DNA of 64,000 nt from Fidelibacterota bacterium (GCA_018650795.1 JABIFG010000058.1:9497-73496), one strand, 5' to 3'; shown: positions 8,491 to 18,534, counted from the stretch's first letter. The notes: generated from the sequence alone by a model not told the origin. Program-made: numbers and translations.

Positions 8491-10900
8491 TTTTCTTCCA
8501 CTGGTTGTTGAACGAATAAGATATGGACATTATAAATCGTTTTGAATCATACTCAGAAATGTTTCTTGCGAAGAAATCTGTTCGATAATCAATTTCCTTT
8601 TCATCTCTGAGTGTGTCAAACACATCGGATACTTTCATACTTAAATTCACTTTGCGATCCCACAGATAAGTCTTGAGAGAGACATCAGTGAATTGTCTGG
8701 TGGCATTACTCCCCTGCCAGGTAATACGGGGTGATTCATACTTGTGAATGATTTGAAAGTAGTGTTGCTTTTTCAGGTTCAGGTCAAGTTTGATTTTTGC
8801 CGAAGTAGTAACCTTCTGGCGTTTCTTAAGTGATTCATCCCCTTCACTCAACAGCATACTATTAAAGTGTACAATACTGCCTGATATTTTCATGAAAGTA
8901 GCAGTCTTGTAAACCCAGTTTATATCTCCTCCTATTGCTTCACCAGAGGAAAGATTATCTGGATAAATGTGGGTAATACTATCTGATACAATTTCAATCT
9001 GATTGCCAATTATATCATCGATTTCCCTGTAAAATAGTGAGCTGCTGATAGTGTGTTTTTCGTTTCTCCATATGTACTGTAATTCATAGTTATCAATTTG
9101 CTCAGGTTTCAAATAGGGGTTACCTGTTTTCAAAAAATAGGTTGAGGTATTTATGACCTGCGGATTCAACCTGTTGTAGGCTGGTGGTGATATTCTACGG
9201 GAATAACTGAATTGCAGCGTTTGCAGCGGTGTAATCATCCTGATGAATTGAAGTGAGGGCAGGACCTGATCATATCTATTATTGACACTCCCTGTATCAT
9301 TATGGACCGACTCATTGGTGATTGATTCCAGACGTGTTCCCAGGTTCAATTGGTAGTGTTCAGTTGAATAGCGATAAGAGATATAGGATCCATGCATGAT
9401 TTCGTTGTATGAAAAGGGTCCTCCCCTAAAACTATCCTGACTCCAGCCCGATTCATCCACCAACAACGAAAAATAATCATTCCGGAGTAGATTGTTGTCG
9501 GAGCGAAATTGATATCCCAGATCGATTTCATGTTGACCCAGCGCAGGTAAAGACCAATCTATTTTAATTGTTGTTTGATCGCGATCATCATCGCTATGGA
9601 GAGAGTCGCTTTTCAGATTGCCTGAGACAAACCCCTGAGGATCAAAATTCTGTTTTTGATCATTTCCATCACGCGCTGAGGCTGTCAGTGATTGAGTGAA
9701 GAGTACATTCAAATTGGATCTGGATGTTTTTGCATCAAAGTTATAGATCAGGGATATTTCATCTCGTTCCCTTAGATCTGATGATTCCTTTTCCTTCTCA
9801 GTAAATCGCTGTAGCATCTGCGTACTATCCAATCGATCTGAGTGCGTTGATCCAGTTAGATCCTTCAAGCGAATATTTATTAAATAAGTAAGCCTGAAGG
9901 CGTGTCTTTTTGAGGCTGACCATCTTGTGCCCATTCTGTATTGTCTTGTCAGACTCTGTTTATCATTTTCCCCTGTAAGATTTAAAAACCATGGGTTGTC
10001 GGAATAGGTTTCTCTCCAATACCGGGTGTCGCTTGATCGTGTAAACAGTCTATCTGAGAACTCACCAAAGGCATTAAACCCTTTCACATTGGTAGATGCA
10101 TTTGCAGATATCTGATAGTCACCGGAGTCATGATATCCAAGACGAAGTCGGCCGCTACTGCCCTTCTTTTTGTGCTTTTTGAGCTTGATATCGATAACTC
10201 CACCTGATGAAGATTCATATTTAGCAGAAGGATTAGGAATGACTTCGATGGATTGGATTGAGCCAGCTGGAATTTGAGAGAGCATATCTTCTAAATTGGT
10301 TTTGACACCATCAATATAAATGGCTGCTTTCTGACCCCGAATGGCTGCAGATTCGTCCTCATCAAAGGTAACGCTGGGGGCATTTTCTAACAGGTCTACT
10401 GCTGTCTCCCCTTCCACGGATGCAGAATCACCAACTGTGATTACAGTTTTGCCAGGCTCAAATCGAACATCGGGAGCTTGAGCGGCTGCAATTATCTCTG
10501 GACTTTCCAGGTTTGCCTGAAGCAGGTAGAGGTCCCCAAGGTCAACCAGGGAGTTTGGAATGGATATATCTTTGATTTGATGTGTTTCATAGCCGATATA
10601 TTGAATTTCAAGATCGTATGTCTCAGGTAGTAACAAATCAATCGTAAACACACCCATCTGATCTGATGTTGTACCAGTTACCAGTCCAGAATCTGAACTT
10701 TGAAATATCAAAATATTTGCACCCAGGATAGGATTGTGAGTTTCAGCATCAAGGAGTTTTCCCTTCAATATGGCATTGGACCTTGTTGATGGATTTTGTG
10801 ATAGAACCAATATAGGTATGAGAACAGTGATAAGAATACGGGTCGTGGTTCTCAAAGACAAACCGAGCTGTGAAGATTTTTGTTTAGATTGTGATACCAC
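8477..10900 (-). CDS. outer-membrane beta-barrel, TonB-dependent-receptor-like protein with an N-terminal carboxypeptidase-regulatory-like domain
   Basis: CarbopepD_reg-like region ILKGKLLDAETHNPILGANILIFQ...GVFTIDL. Plug-like region AVDLLENAPSVTFDEDESAAIRGQKAAIYIDGV...GSIQSIEVIPNPSAKYESSSGGVIDIKLK. A long barrel ends ...ISYSF, then a basic extension NNQWKKNEKK. Confidence 0.7.
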   Translation of the reverse strand: MVSQSKQKSSQLGLSLRTTTRILITVLIPILVLSQNPSTRSNAILKGKLLDAETHNPILGANILIFQSSDSGLVTGTTSDQMGVFTIDLLLPETYDLEIQYIGYETHQIKDISIPNSLVDLGDLYLLQANLESPEIIAAAQAPDVRFEPGKTVITVGDSASVEGETAVDLLENAPSVTFDEDESAAIRGQKAAIYIDGVKTNLEDMLSQIPAGSIQSIEVIPNPSAKYESSSGGVIDIKLKKHKKKGSSGRLRLGYHDSGDYQISANASTNVKGFNAFGEFSDRLFTRSSDTRYWRETYSDNPWFLNLTGENDKQSLTRQYRMGTRWSASKRHAFRLTYLINIRLKDLTGSTHSDRLDSTQMLQRFTEKEKESSDLRERDEISLIYNFDAKTSRSNLNVLFTQSLTASARDGNDQKQNFDPQGFVSGNLKSDSLHSDDDRDQTTIKIDWSLPALGQHEIDLGYQFRSDNNLLRNDYFSLLVDESGWSQDSFRGGPFSYNEIMHGSYISYRYSTEHYQLNLGTRLESITNESVHNDTGSVNNRYDQVLPSLQFIRMITPLQTLQFSYSRRISPPAYNRLNPQVINTSTYFLKTGNPYLKPEQIDNYELQYIWRNEKHTISSSLFYREIDDIIGNQIEIVSDSITHIYPDNLSSGEAIGGDINWVYKTATFMKISGSIVHFNSMLLSEGDESLKKRQKVTTSAKIKLDLNLKKQHYFQIIHKYESPRITWQGSNATRQFTDVSLKTYLWDRKVNLSMKVSDVFDTLRDEKEIDYRTDFFARNISEYDSKRFIMSISYSFNNQWKKNEKK

Positions 10901-11014
10901 TAGCGAGTGCTTGCTTATCTTTTCATTTAATATTTATGGACTTAAAACATCCTCCAGCGAAAGGGCGCGCTTATTCACCCTTTCGCTTTTGTTTGTGGAG
11001 GAGTGTGTGAGACT

Positions 11015-13606
11015 CTATTTCATTAACACCATCTTTTTACTTACTGAGGAACCATTAGCTGACAAGGTGTATAGGTAGACTCCACTGGGAACATGCTGAC
11101 CTAAGTCATTTGTCGCATCCCAGCTTACCGTATAGTTGCCACCACTCAGATAGCTTGAGGACAAGGTTTTAACTTCCTGCCCTAAGGCATTGTATACCGT
11201 TAAGACAGCATAACCTGATTCAGCCATTGAGAATCCAATCTCTGTATTAGGATTGAAGGGGTTGGGATAGTTCTGGCTCAGAGCATAGGATGTTGGAATC
11301 CCTGGCAATGAGGCAACAGAAAGCGGTTCACAAGACTGTGGGAATGGTAGGTTAGTATCAGTATTGTGCTCACCAAAACAATGCTCATCCAACACGAATG
11401 TTGCAGCAGCATCATCTATCATGAAATCACGATTCTGGGCAAAACCCGATTCGTTATCAAGAGAGTTGATACCATATTTGCATTGCTGTGCCTTTGCCTG
11501 ACCAGCTGTGTAGAGATATGAATAGGTATATTTCAGACCTTCAGTGTCAGTCTGGGTCATTGCCCATTCACCAACACAGGTTACATCATTACCCCAATCC
11601 CACCATTGGCTAAGAACACCATTAATGGTCACACCATTCACTTCAGACCACATTGTGATATCATCAGAACCAGTCTGAGTGTCTATCAGTGTGTCACCTG
11701 CATCCAAAGCGCGGTAAGCAGATGAGATGTCCAGGTTGAATGTCACGCTAACATCCTGAGTGATAATATCATCAGGAGTGACATCAGCGAAATACGCTAC
11801 GGCTTGGAAAATTTCGCCATAGCCATTTTCATCTGAATCAGTTTCATCCCCGGTTGCTGTGAATGAGCGGTTTGGTGAACCTTCCCAGATAGCTTGATCA
11901 ACATCGCCACCAGTAAGGATTACGAATTTGTATTCGAATCCTGAACCAATAGGCACTGCATCAAAGCTGGAAAGATGGGTATAGACATTGGTCTGCTCTG
12001 GATCCAGAGTCATCTGGATAGCGCCACCCCAGTTGCCATAGTTGTCATGGCCACCACGGATAACAATCAAATCACCATTACCTGGATCAAAGTTACCATT
12101 CAGTAACTGAACCGTCATATCTGCCTGAATAAAGACTTCAACATCAGCAGTTCCCACAGGCTCCTGGTTACCATACCATACTGTTGGGAGGATATTTTCG
12201 CCAGCCACTACAGTATACATACGGTTGTCAATACCTTCTGAGGTATCCCAGTTGCTGTTAATCCGGAACTTGTACTCCATTGGACCTGCAGGAACACTAA
12301 AAGTACCTTCATAGATACCGTCAGCATCGCCATCAGTCAACATGTCACCGCCACCCCATTCATTCAGGGTACCAGCTACATCGAGAACATCCGTACCAGG
12401 TACAAATGTACCGAGAGTTGTCTGGAAACTCATGTCAACACTAAATGTGACAGGATTGCCTGGTGTAACCGCAGGTGCCCAACGGGGATCACCAATAGAT
12501 GAGCCACCTTCTCCTGCTCCAATTAAAGGCGATCCCGCCTGTAGGGTTAAATCACCAATGGCGGAATCCACAAAGAGCGGATCAACCTGAATATTATTCG
12601 CACCATGAGTACCGCCTACGGGTGTATCCCCCGCAGCACCATTGTTATACCAATTACAATAATCTACGGCAACAGCCGATGTCGTTGTTCCACCTGTTGT
12701 TTTACAAGGCTCGTCCGCCACGTTTGTGAATGTTGTGTTATTAACATAGGAATCAGTAGCTGCAAATTTGACAACAAAACCATCATGATTCTCACCTGGA
12801 ATCCCGATGTGGTCAAAGGTACTATGATCTATGACCACCTTACCATCTGAAATACCATCCGGATCCTGCATTTTGAGGAATATTGCTGAGTTGGTTGTAT
12901 TCCAGATCGAACTATTTGTAAACTGAAATAAATTCCTGAGTCCCCTATTATTGGCGGAGTGATTAATTTTCCGGCCACCGGTCCCATCAAGATCGTAAAT
13001 GTAACAACCATCAAAAATTAAAGTATCCAGGACACCTGGGAGACCATCTGTAGCGACTTGAACACCATCAATAAAAACACCAGCATTATCGACATAGTCG
13101 ATACCATCAAAGACCATGGAGCCATCGGCCAGGATAAGTGTATCTGGAACTCCGGTGATGCTCATTGTTAGCTGATGGGCATGGTGCATATCTGTGTTAT
13201 AGAACTTCCAGTTCACTCCAATATCGGCCCGGTTACGAAACATGCGTGTTGTTTTTGCTTCCGGTTCTCCATCCATGGTTAGCTCAATATCAGCAATGGT
13301 TAAGGAAGCATAAGTGAAAAATTGAGTTGCCTCCTGAGTTTGTGCTACTGCTGTGTCAGCATTCCAGAGAAAAGAAATCACTGGTTTACTGGCTAGACCT
13401 TCAGCCGCTTTTATGGTGAGTGGTACATAAATGAACAGCGGATCATTGGCGTAGACACCCTCCTGCTCTAGGATCAACCTATCACCTGCTGCTGCTGTGG
13501 CCAGCGCAGCTTTAATGGTATTCTCTCCTGGCTGGACCATAATGTCCGTAGCCATTATTGGTAGCGTCATCGCTATCAACAAAATGCACATTAACATCTT
13601 CTTCAT
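11015..13606 (-). CDS. large secreted multidomain protein: beta-helix-like region, two CBM20-like beta-sandwich modules, type-A T9SS C-terminal sorting domain
   Basis: Signal MKKMLMCILLIAMTLPIMA. CBM20-like blocks VTFSVDM...EYKFRINSNWD...NRMYTV and EYKFVILTGG...GSPNRSF. CTD LSQNYPNPFNPNTEIGF...GVYLYTL...KKMVLMK. Confidence 0.6.
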   Translation of the reverse strand: MKKMLMCILLIAMTLPIMATDIMVQPGENTIKAALATAAAGDRLILEQEGVYANDPLFIYVPLTIKAAEGLASKPVISFLWNADTAVAQTQEATQFFTYASLTIADIELTMDGEPEAKTTRMFRNRADIGVNWKFYNTDMHHAHQLTMSITGVPDTLILADGSMVFDGIDYVDNAGVFIDGVQVATDGLPGVLDTLIFDGCYIYDLDGTGGRKINHSANNRGLRNLFQFTNSSIWNTTNSAIFLKMQDPDGISDGKVVIDHSTFDHIGIPGENHDGFVVKFAATDSYVNNTTFTNVADEPCKTTGGTTTSAVAVDYCNWYNNGAAGDTPVGGTHGANNIQVDPLFVDSAIGDLTLQAGSPLIGAGEGGSSIGDPRWAPAVTPGNPVTFSVDMSFQTTLGTFVPGTDVLDVAGTLNEWGGGDMLTDGDADGIYEGTFSVPAGPMEYKFRINSNWDTSEGIDNRMYTVVAGENILPTVWYGNQEPVGTADVEVFIQADMTVQLLNGNFDPGNGDLIVIRGGHDNYGNWGGAIQMTLDPEQTNVYTHLSSFDAVPIGSGFEYKFVILTGGDVDQAIWEGSPNRSFTATGDETDSDENGYGEIFQAVAYFADVTPDDIITQDVSVTFNLDISSAYRALDAGDTLIDTQTGSDDITMWSEVNGVTINGVLSQWWDWGNDVTCVGEWAMTQTDTEGLKYTYSYLYTAGQAKAQQCKYGINSLDNESGFAQNRDFMIDDAAATFVLDEHCFGEHNTDTNLPFPQSCEPLSVASLPGIPTSYALSQNYPNPFNPNTEIGFSMAESGYAVLTVYNALGQEVKTLSSSYLSGGNYTVSWDATNDLGQHVPSGVYLYTLSANGSSVSKKMVLMK

Positions 13607-13644
13607 ACCTCACTCCTTTGTTTTATTAAAGCTATCATCCGATT

Positions 13645-15252
13645 TTATTGAATTTTAAATGCATAGGCGATGTCACAAGGCTTTTCATCAGGGAAACTAA
13701 TTTCGAGACCTGCGGCTGTTCTTTTCCATTCAATTTTACCAGTATTTCCTAACATCTCAACACTGCTGATTTCCCCTGGAAAATAATCGGACCCCTCGTT
13801 TAATGAATGGACTATAATTTTTCCACTTTCTGGCCAGTTAAGAGTTGTAGCATACAGCGTTTTCCCATCCTTGGATTGGGTAAATCTGATATCCTGGGGT
13901 GAAAATTCCTGGCGATAATTCCAGCCTGGTTTCATCACTCCTTTTTGGGTGGCCTTCATTGTGGCTAGTTTTGTGGGACCTTCTCCGAAGATCTTCCAGG
14001 GTCTGGTACTATAAATAGCTTCCCCATTCACTCGTAGCCATGCACCAATTCCCTGCATAATTTCCTTTTCCTCTTCAGGGATAGATCCATCTCCCTTGGG
14101 GGTCAAGGAAAGCAGGAACACGCCACCACGACTGACCAGATCAATAAGGCTGCGTGTGTGATAATCGGCCTTATCTTTATAAATTTTATTGTGTTCATAG
14201 GCCCAGGGATAGGCAATCGCTCGATCGATGAGAAACCAGGGTTCCACATCCTCGAGCATATCTCGGCCATTTTCATAACTCAAAAGACCAAACTCATCTG
14301 GAAAGTTAAATTTTCCGGCATGCTTGTTTGCCACAACAACTTCCTGTCCGCGGGCATCTGCCTTGTTAAAAAAATGTGCTATGGCTTCCTGGACATAGGA
14401 AACGGGTGGTGTATCATTCTTCATAGACGTGTTGAGACCGTCAAACCAGATAAAGTCGGGTTGATAATTATCAACCACTTCAATAATCTTTGCCCGCCAC
14501 TGGTTTGAGAAATCCTCGCGCGTCGAATGACCATCATGCCAGTAAAAATCGCTGTACTGTGGATCGAAGAGATCAAATTTTTCTCTATCCTCTTCAGTCC
14601 ATTTTTCCATTTTGCCACCAGTAGCAAAACCATAGGTACGTCCATGATGGAATGTAGCAGCAAGTTTCATATCTCCCCTTGCCCTCACTGCCTTCGTTAT
14701 TTCCCCAAAAATATCCCGTTTGGGACCCATATTTTTTGAATTCCAGCGGTTTACCTTACTGTCCCACAATAGAAAACCATCATGATGGACCACGCAGATG
14801 CCCCCAAATTTTGCTCCGGCATCGGCCATGACCTCAACCCACTCCTCAGCATCAAATTTATCAGCAGTGAATTGCGGGATAAGATCGATATAGCCAAAGT
14901 CTTCCGGTTTCCCATAGGTCTCGGTCATGTAGTCATGTATTTCCGGCTTGTTAAACTCGCGTTTGTACATGGATTTGAGAGGTGCAGCGGGACCGCCATT
15001 GGCAACCACAGAATAGATACCCCAATGGGTGTAAACACCAAATTTGGCATCTTTCATCCACTCCGGAATTTCATCTTTAGAAAGAGATTCCCAATTTGCT
15101 TCATAAGGTCCAGTAACCTGTTTTTGGGCAAGCACTGGTTCAGGAATGATGCTCTGTTCCACTTTTTCTGGCGCACAAGATGCAATGATGGCCAGAGACA
15201 AAACAGCTAGAAGCAGGTAGGTGAAGTTATTTTTGATGGACTGCATGATCAC
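13645..15252 (-). CDS. alpha-L-fucosidase, GH29 (tandem paralog 1)
   Basis: KFGVYTHWGIYSV, HHDGFLLWDS, LLSLTPKGDG. Signal-peptide or lipoprotein N-terminus. The start appears to be GTG at 15252 (or ATG at 15246), preceded by AAGAGG. Confidence 0.88.
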   Translation of the reverse strand: MIMQSIKNNFTYLLLAVLSLAIIASCAPEKVEQSIIPEPVLAQKQVTGPYEANWESLSKDEIPEWMKDAKFGVYTHWGIYSVVANGGPAAPLKSMYKREFNKPEIHDYMTETYGKPEDFGYIDLIPQFTADKFDAEEWVEVMADAGAKFGGICVVHHDGFLLWDSKVNRWNSKNMGPKRDIFGEITKAVRARGDMKLAATFHHGRTYGFATGGKMEKWTEEDREKFDLFDPQYSDFYWHDGHSTREDFSNQWRAKIIEVVDNYQPDFIWFDGLNTSMKNDTPPVSYVQEAIAHFFNKADARGQEVVVANKHAGKFNFPDEFGLLSYENGRDMLEDVEPWFLIDRAIAYPWAYEHNKIYKDKADYHTRSLIDLVSRGGVFLLSLTPKGDGSIPEEEKEIMQGIGAWLRVNGEAIYSTRPWKIFGEGPTKLATMKATQKGVMKPGWNYRQEFSPQDIRFTQSKDGKTLYATTLNWPESGKIIVHSLNEGSDYFPGEISSVEMLGNTGKIEWKRTAAGLEISFPDEKPCDIAYAFKIQ

Positions 15253-15261
15253 TTCGACCTC

Positions 15262-16863
15262 TTATTTAATTCTAAACGCGTAAGCTGTGGTGCATGGCTT
15301 TTGCTGAGGAAATATTATTTCCAGACCTTCTGATGTCCTGGACCACTCAATTTTTTCAGAACTGGCCAGCATTTCAACCGAGTTGATCTTTCCAGTGTAG
15401 AGTTCAGAACCTTCTCTGAGCGACGTGACAACAATCTTACCATCTTCAGGCCATTCCAGAGCCGTTGCATAAAGGGTTTTGCCATCTTTTGACTGAGTAA
15501 ATCTAATATCCTGGGAGGTGAGCTTTTTGCGGTAATTCCATCCAGGTTTCAGGGTACCCTTGCCGGTTTTTTTCATGGCTGTCAAATCTGTAGGTCCTTC
15601 ACCATATAATTTCCAGGGGCGGGTATTATATATAGCCTCTCCATTAATTTTTAACCAATTACCAATTCCGGCCATGATCTCTTTTTCCCTCGCAGGGATT
15701 GAGCCATCACCTTTGGGGGTCAGTGACAGCAGGAATATTCCACCGCGACTTACGAGATCGATGAGACTACGTGTATGATATTCTGGTCCATCTCTATATT
15801 TTTTATCGGCTTCATAAGCCCAGGGATAACCAATAGCACGATCGATGAGGAACCAGGGTTGCACATCACCGGCCATATCACGACCATTTTCATAGCTCAA
15901 CAAGCCGAAATCATCTGGGAAATTGAATTTACCACCAGCATTCTTATTGGCGACCACAACTTCTTTGCTCGATGCATCAGCTTTATTGAAAAAATGGGCA
16001 ATTGCATCCTGAACATGTGAAACGGGAGGTGTATCATTTTTCATTGATGTATTCAGACCATCAAACCATAGAAAATCTGGATCGTAATTATCTACCACTT
16101 CTATAACCTTGGCACGCCACTGGTCAGAAAACTCCTCACGGCTAGAATGACCATCATGCCAGTAAAAATCTTTGTATTGGGGATCGAAAAGATCAAACTT
16201 GGATCTTTCCTCTTCGGTCCAGATATCCAGTTTACCGCCTGTGGCAAATCCATAGGTACGACCATGGTGGAAGGTGGCTGCTAATTTCATATCTCCACGG
16301 GCGCGGACTGCTTTGGTAATTTCACCAAAGATGTCTCGCTTTGGTCCCATATTCATTGAGTTCCAACGATTCACTTTTGAATCCCATAGCAGAAAACCAT
16401 CATGATGCACGACGCAGATGCCACCAAATTTGGCTCCGCCATCAGCCATAACATCTACCCATTCCTCTGCATCAAATTTTTCAGCCGTAAACATGGGAAT
16501 GATATCTACATATCCAACATCTTCAGCTTTACCAAAATTTTCGAGATAATGATCGTAGGTTTCCTTTTTACCCTGACCTTCTTTGTAGATTGACTTCAAA
16601 GGAGCACCGGCACCACCTTTGGCGATGACTGAGTAAACACCCCAATGTGTATAGACTCCAAATTTGGCATCTTTGATCCATTCAGGAATGTCATTTTTAG
16701 CCAGTGATTCCCAATTCGGCTCATACCCAACCATAGAAACACTCGAAGGGGTTGCTGGAGCTACTGGAGCCGGTTCTGGGGTAGTTTTAGGGGGCATACA
16801 GGCTGTTAGCAATATCAGGGCTAGAATAGATGCAATAGCGACTCTGGCGATTGTTGATCTCAT
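15262..16863 (-). CDS. alpha-L-fucosidase, GH29 (tandem paralog 2)
   Basis: About 75% identical to the product of 13645-15252 along the whole length (DAKFGVYTHWGVYSV..., HHDGFLLWDSKVNRWNS...). Lipoprotein-type signal ...LLTAC. Confidence 0.88.
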   Translation of the reverse strand: MRSTIARVAIASILALILLTACMPPKTTPEPAPVAPATPSSVSMVGYEPNWESLAKNDIPEWIKDAKFGVYTHWGVYSVIAKGGAGAPLKSIYKEGQGKKETYDHYLENFGKAEDVGYVDIIPMFTAEKFDAEEWVDVMADGGAKFGGICVVHHDGFLLWDSKVNRWNSMNMGPKRDIFGEITKAVRARGDMKLAATFHHGRTYGFATGGKLDIWTEEERSKFDLFDPQYKDFYWHDGHSSREEFSDQWRAKVIEVVDNYDPDFLWFDGLNTSMKNDTPPVSHVQDAIAHFFNKADASSKEVVVANKNAGGKFNFPDDFGLLSYENGRDMAGDVQPWFLIDRAIGYPWAYEADKKYRDGPEYHTRSLIDLVSRGGIFLLSLTPKGDGSIPAREKEIMAGIGNWLKINGEAIYNTRPWKLYGEGPTDLTAMKKTGKGTLKPGWNYRKKLTSQDIRFTQSKDGKTLYATALEWPEDGKIVVTSLREGSELYTGKINSVEMLASSEKIEWSRTSEGLEIIFPQQKPCTTAYAFRIK

Positions 16864-16897
16864 TTCATTTCCTCAATTTCATAATTGGTTTCAGTAT

Positions 16898-18442
16898 TTA
16901 TTTCTTTTTTTTCTTAATTCTTTGCTTGTTGCTGACTTTCCACCCTCCAAGAGTGGGGCTCCACTTGCTCAGGGGTTCAAAATCAGGATCACCATAGTCT
17001 CCCCCACTATGGCTTTTCTCAGCGGAGGCTAAAAAGCGTTTCAATTCAGTTTTCAATTTTTGGGCATGGTCCGGATGATCGGCTATGATATTGTTTTCTT
17101 CATATCGATCCTCGTACAGATCGAATAGCATATCTTCTTCACCCGTATCGGAGTAGTTCGTTAGAAATTTATATCGATCATCAATCATTCCTGCGGTTGG
17201 AGAACCGTACATAGAACCTTTTCCCGACTGAAATCGAAAGGGGATTGGTTTGCTACGTTTGGATTCATCCCCAGACAGAAGCGGCATAATGTTTAGTCCA
17301 TCAAGGGCTCGGTGGTCTGGAAGATCAACTTCAAGCGTCTCCATAATGGTTGGGAAATAATCCAGTGTGGAAGCAGGTCTTTCCATGATGCTTCCCTGCT
17401 TAGCTGGACCAGCTGGCCAATGCAGAAAGGCAGGTGAGCCGACTCCCCCTGAAAAGAGGCTCCGTTTTCTACCTCTGTGTCCCCCAGTAACTCCGGGTCT
17501 ACCCTTTTCAGGACCATTATCACTGCAGAACCACAACATGGTGTCATCCAGGACTCCCAGGTTGGTAAGTTCAGTTTTTAATCTGCCGACTTGATCATCA
17601 AGTGCTGTAATGCAGCCATAATAATTCTGCTCAAGTTCTGTGTACTGAGAGTACATCGCCTGGTAGTCAGGACCGGCTTTGACGGGTGCATGTGGTGCGT
17701 GGAACCAGATCACGGTAAAAAATGGTTTCTCTGCCTCAACTGACTGATTAACAAAAGGCAGGATGCGATCCATCATGATGCGACTGTCATCACCGTTAAC
17801 GTTATCTATAACGCGCTCGCCATTGTGCCAGTACGGATTTTCTGTCGTTGCAGCTTTCTCCCCTGTTGGTCCGTAAGGATCCCAGGTGGCTACAGCATGA
17901 TGTGTGACAAAATGTTCATCGTACCCAAACCATTCTGGTAGGGCGAGATGTTTATCCCCTGAATTTTTACCGGTGTATTTGCGATTCGGGCTACCCAAAT
18001 GCCACTTCCCAAAGTGGCCGGTAGTATAGCCAGCCTGTTTGAGCATTTCAGGAAGCGTAACTTCCTGTGTTGGCAAGGCTCCCTGATTGGCTTTCCATAT
18101 CCCGTATCTAAAATAATGACGTCCGGTGAGACAGGTTGCTCGAGTTGGAGAACACACTGGAGCTCCTGAATAAAAACGGTCCAGACGAACACCTGAGTTG
18201 GCAAGATTATCCAGATGAGGTGTTTTGATAATGGTATTTCCATTCCAGCCAACATCACCCCAGCCCATATCATCTGTCATCATTAAAATTATGTTTGGGC
18301 GCTGCTTTTTTTGTGGAGATGTTATTGTGCTGGTGAGCGCAGAGCTACCACCACAGGCTACAAGACTGCCAGCCGCGATAATTCCTGCCATAAATTCTCG
18401 GCGAGTCATTGATTTGTGTTCAGTTTTTAGATGGCGTGACAT
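16898..18442 (-). CDS. S1-family sulfatase, Tat-secreted, with a C-terminal poly-lysine tail
   Basis: Tat motif MTRREFMAGIIAAG; MMTDDMGWGD...CSPTRATCLTGRHY; ends ...SNKQRIKKKKK. Alternative start at M12 (position 18409). Confidence 0.88.
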   Translation of the reverse strand: MSRHLKTEHKSMTRREFMAGIIAAGSLVACGGSSALTSTITSPQKKQRPNIILMMTDDMGWGDVGWNGNTIIKTPHLDNLANSGVRLDRFYSGAPVCSPTRATCLTGRHYFRYGIWKANQGALPTQEVTLPEMLKQAGYTTGHFGKWHLGSPNRKYTGKNSGDKHLALPEWFGYDEHFVTHHAVATWDPYGPTGEKAATTENPYWHNGERVIDNVNGDDSRIMMDRILPFVNQSVEAEKPFFTVIWFHAPHAPVKAGPDYQAMYSQYTELEQNYYGCITALDDQVGRLKTELTNLGVLDDTMLWFCSDNGPEKGRPGVTGGHRGRKRSLFSGGVGSPAFLHWPAGPAKQGSIMERPASTLDYFPTIMETLEVDLPDHRALDGLNIMPLLSGDESKRSKPIPFRFQSGKGSMYGSPTAGMIDDRYKFLTNYSDTGEEDMLFDLYEDRYEENNIIADHPDHAQKLKTELKRFLASAEKSHSGGDYGDPDFEPLSKWSPTLGGWKVSNKQRIKKKKK

Positions 18443-18477
18443 GGAATAATCTTATCCCTCATTCACTTTAGGTATAA

Positions 18478-18498
18478 TTGGTATACTAATATATACCA
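18478..18498. promoter_or_regulatory. Inverted repeat TGGTATA-N6-TATACCA about 40 bp upstream of the sulfatase start; instance of the recurring GTATA/TATAC operator-like motif
   Basis: ttggtatactaatatatacca. Related palindromes at 31148-31165, 38811-38820 (TAGTATACTA), 42731-42739 and 52869-52887 (AAGTATActtaaTATACTT), all upstream of transcription-unit starts. Confidence 0.3.
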
Positions 18499-18534
18499 TA
18501 ACAAGGTGTATTCAAGGGAATTCGGGGGGTTTCA

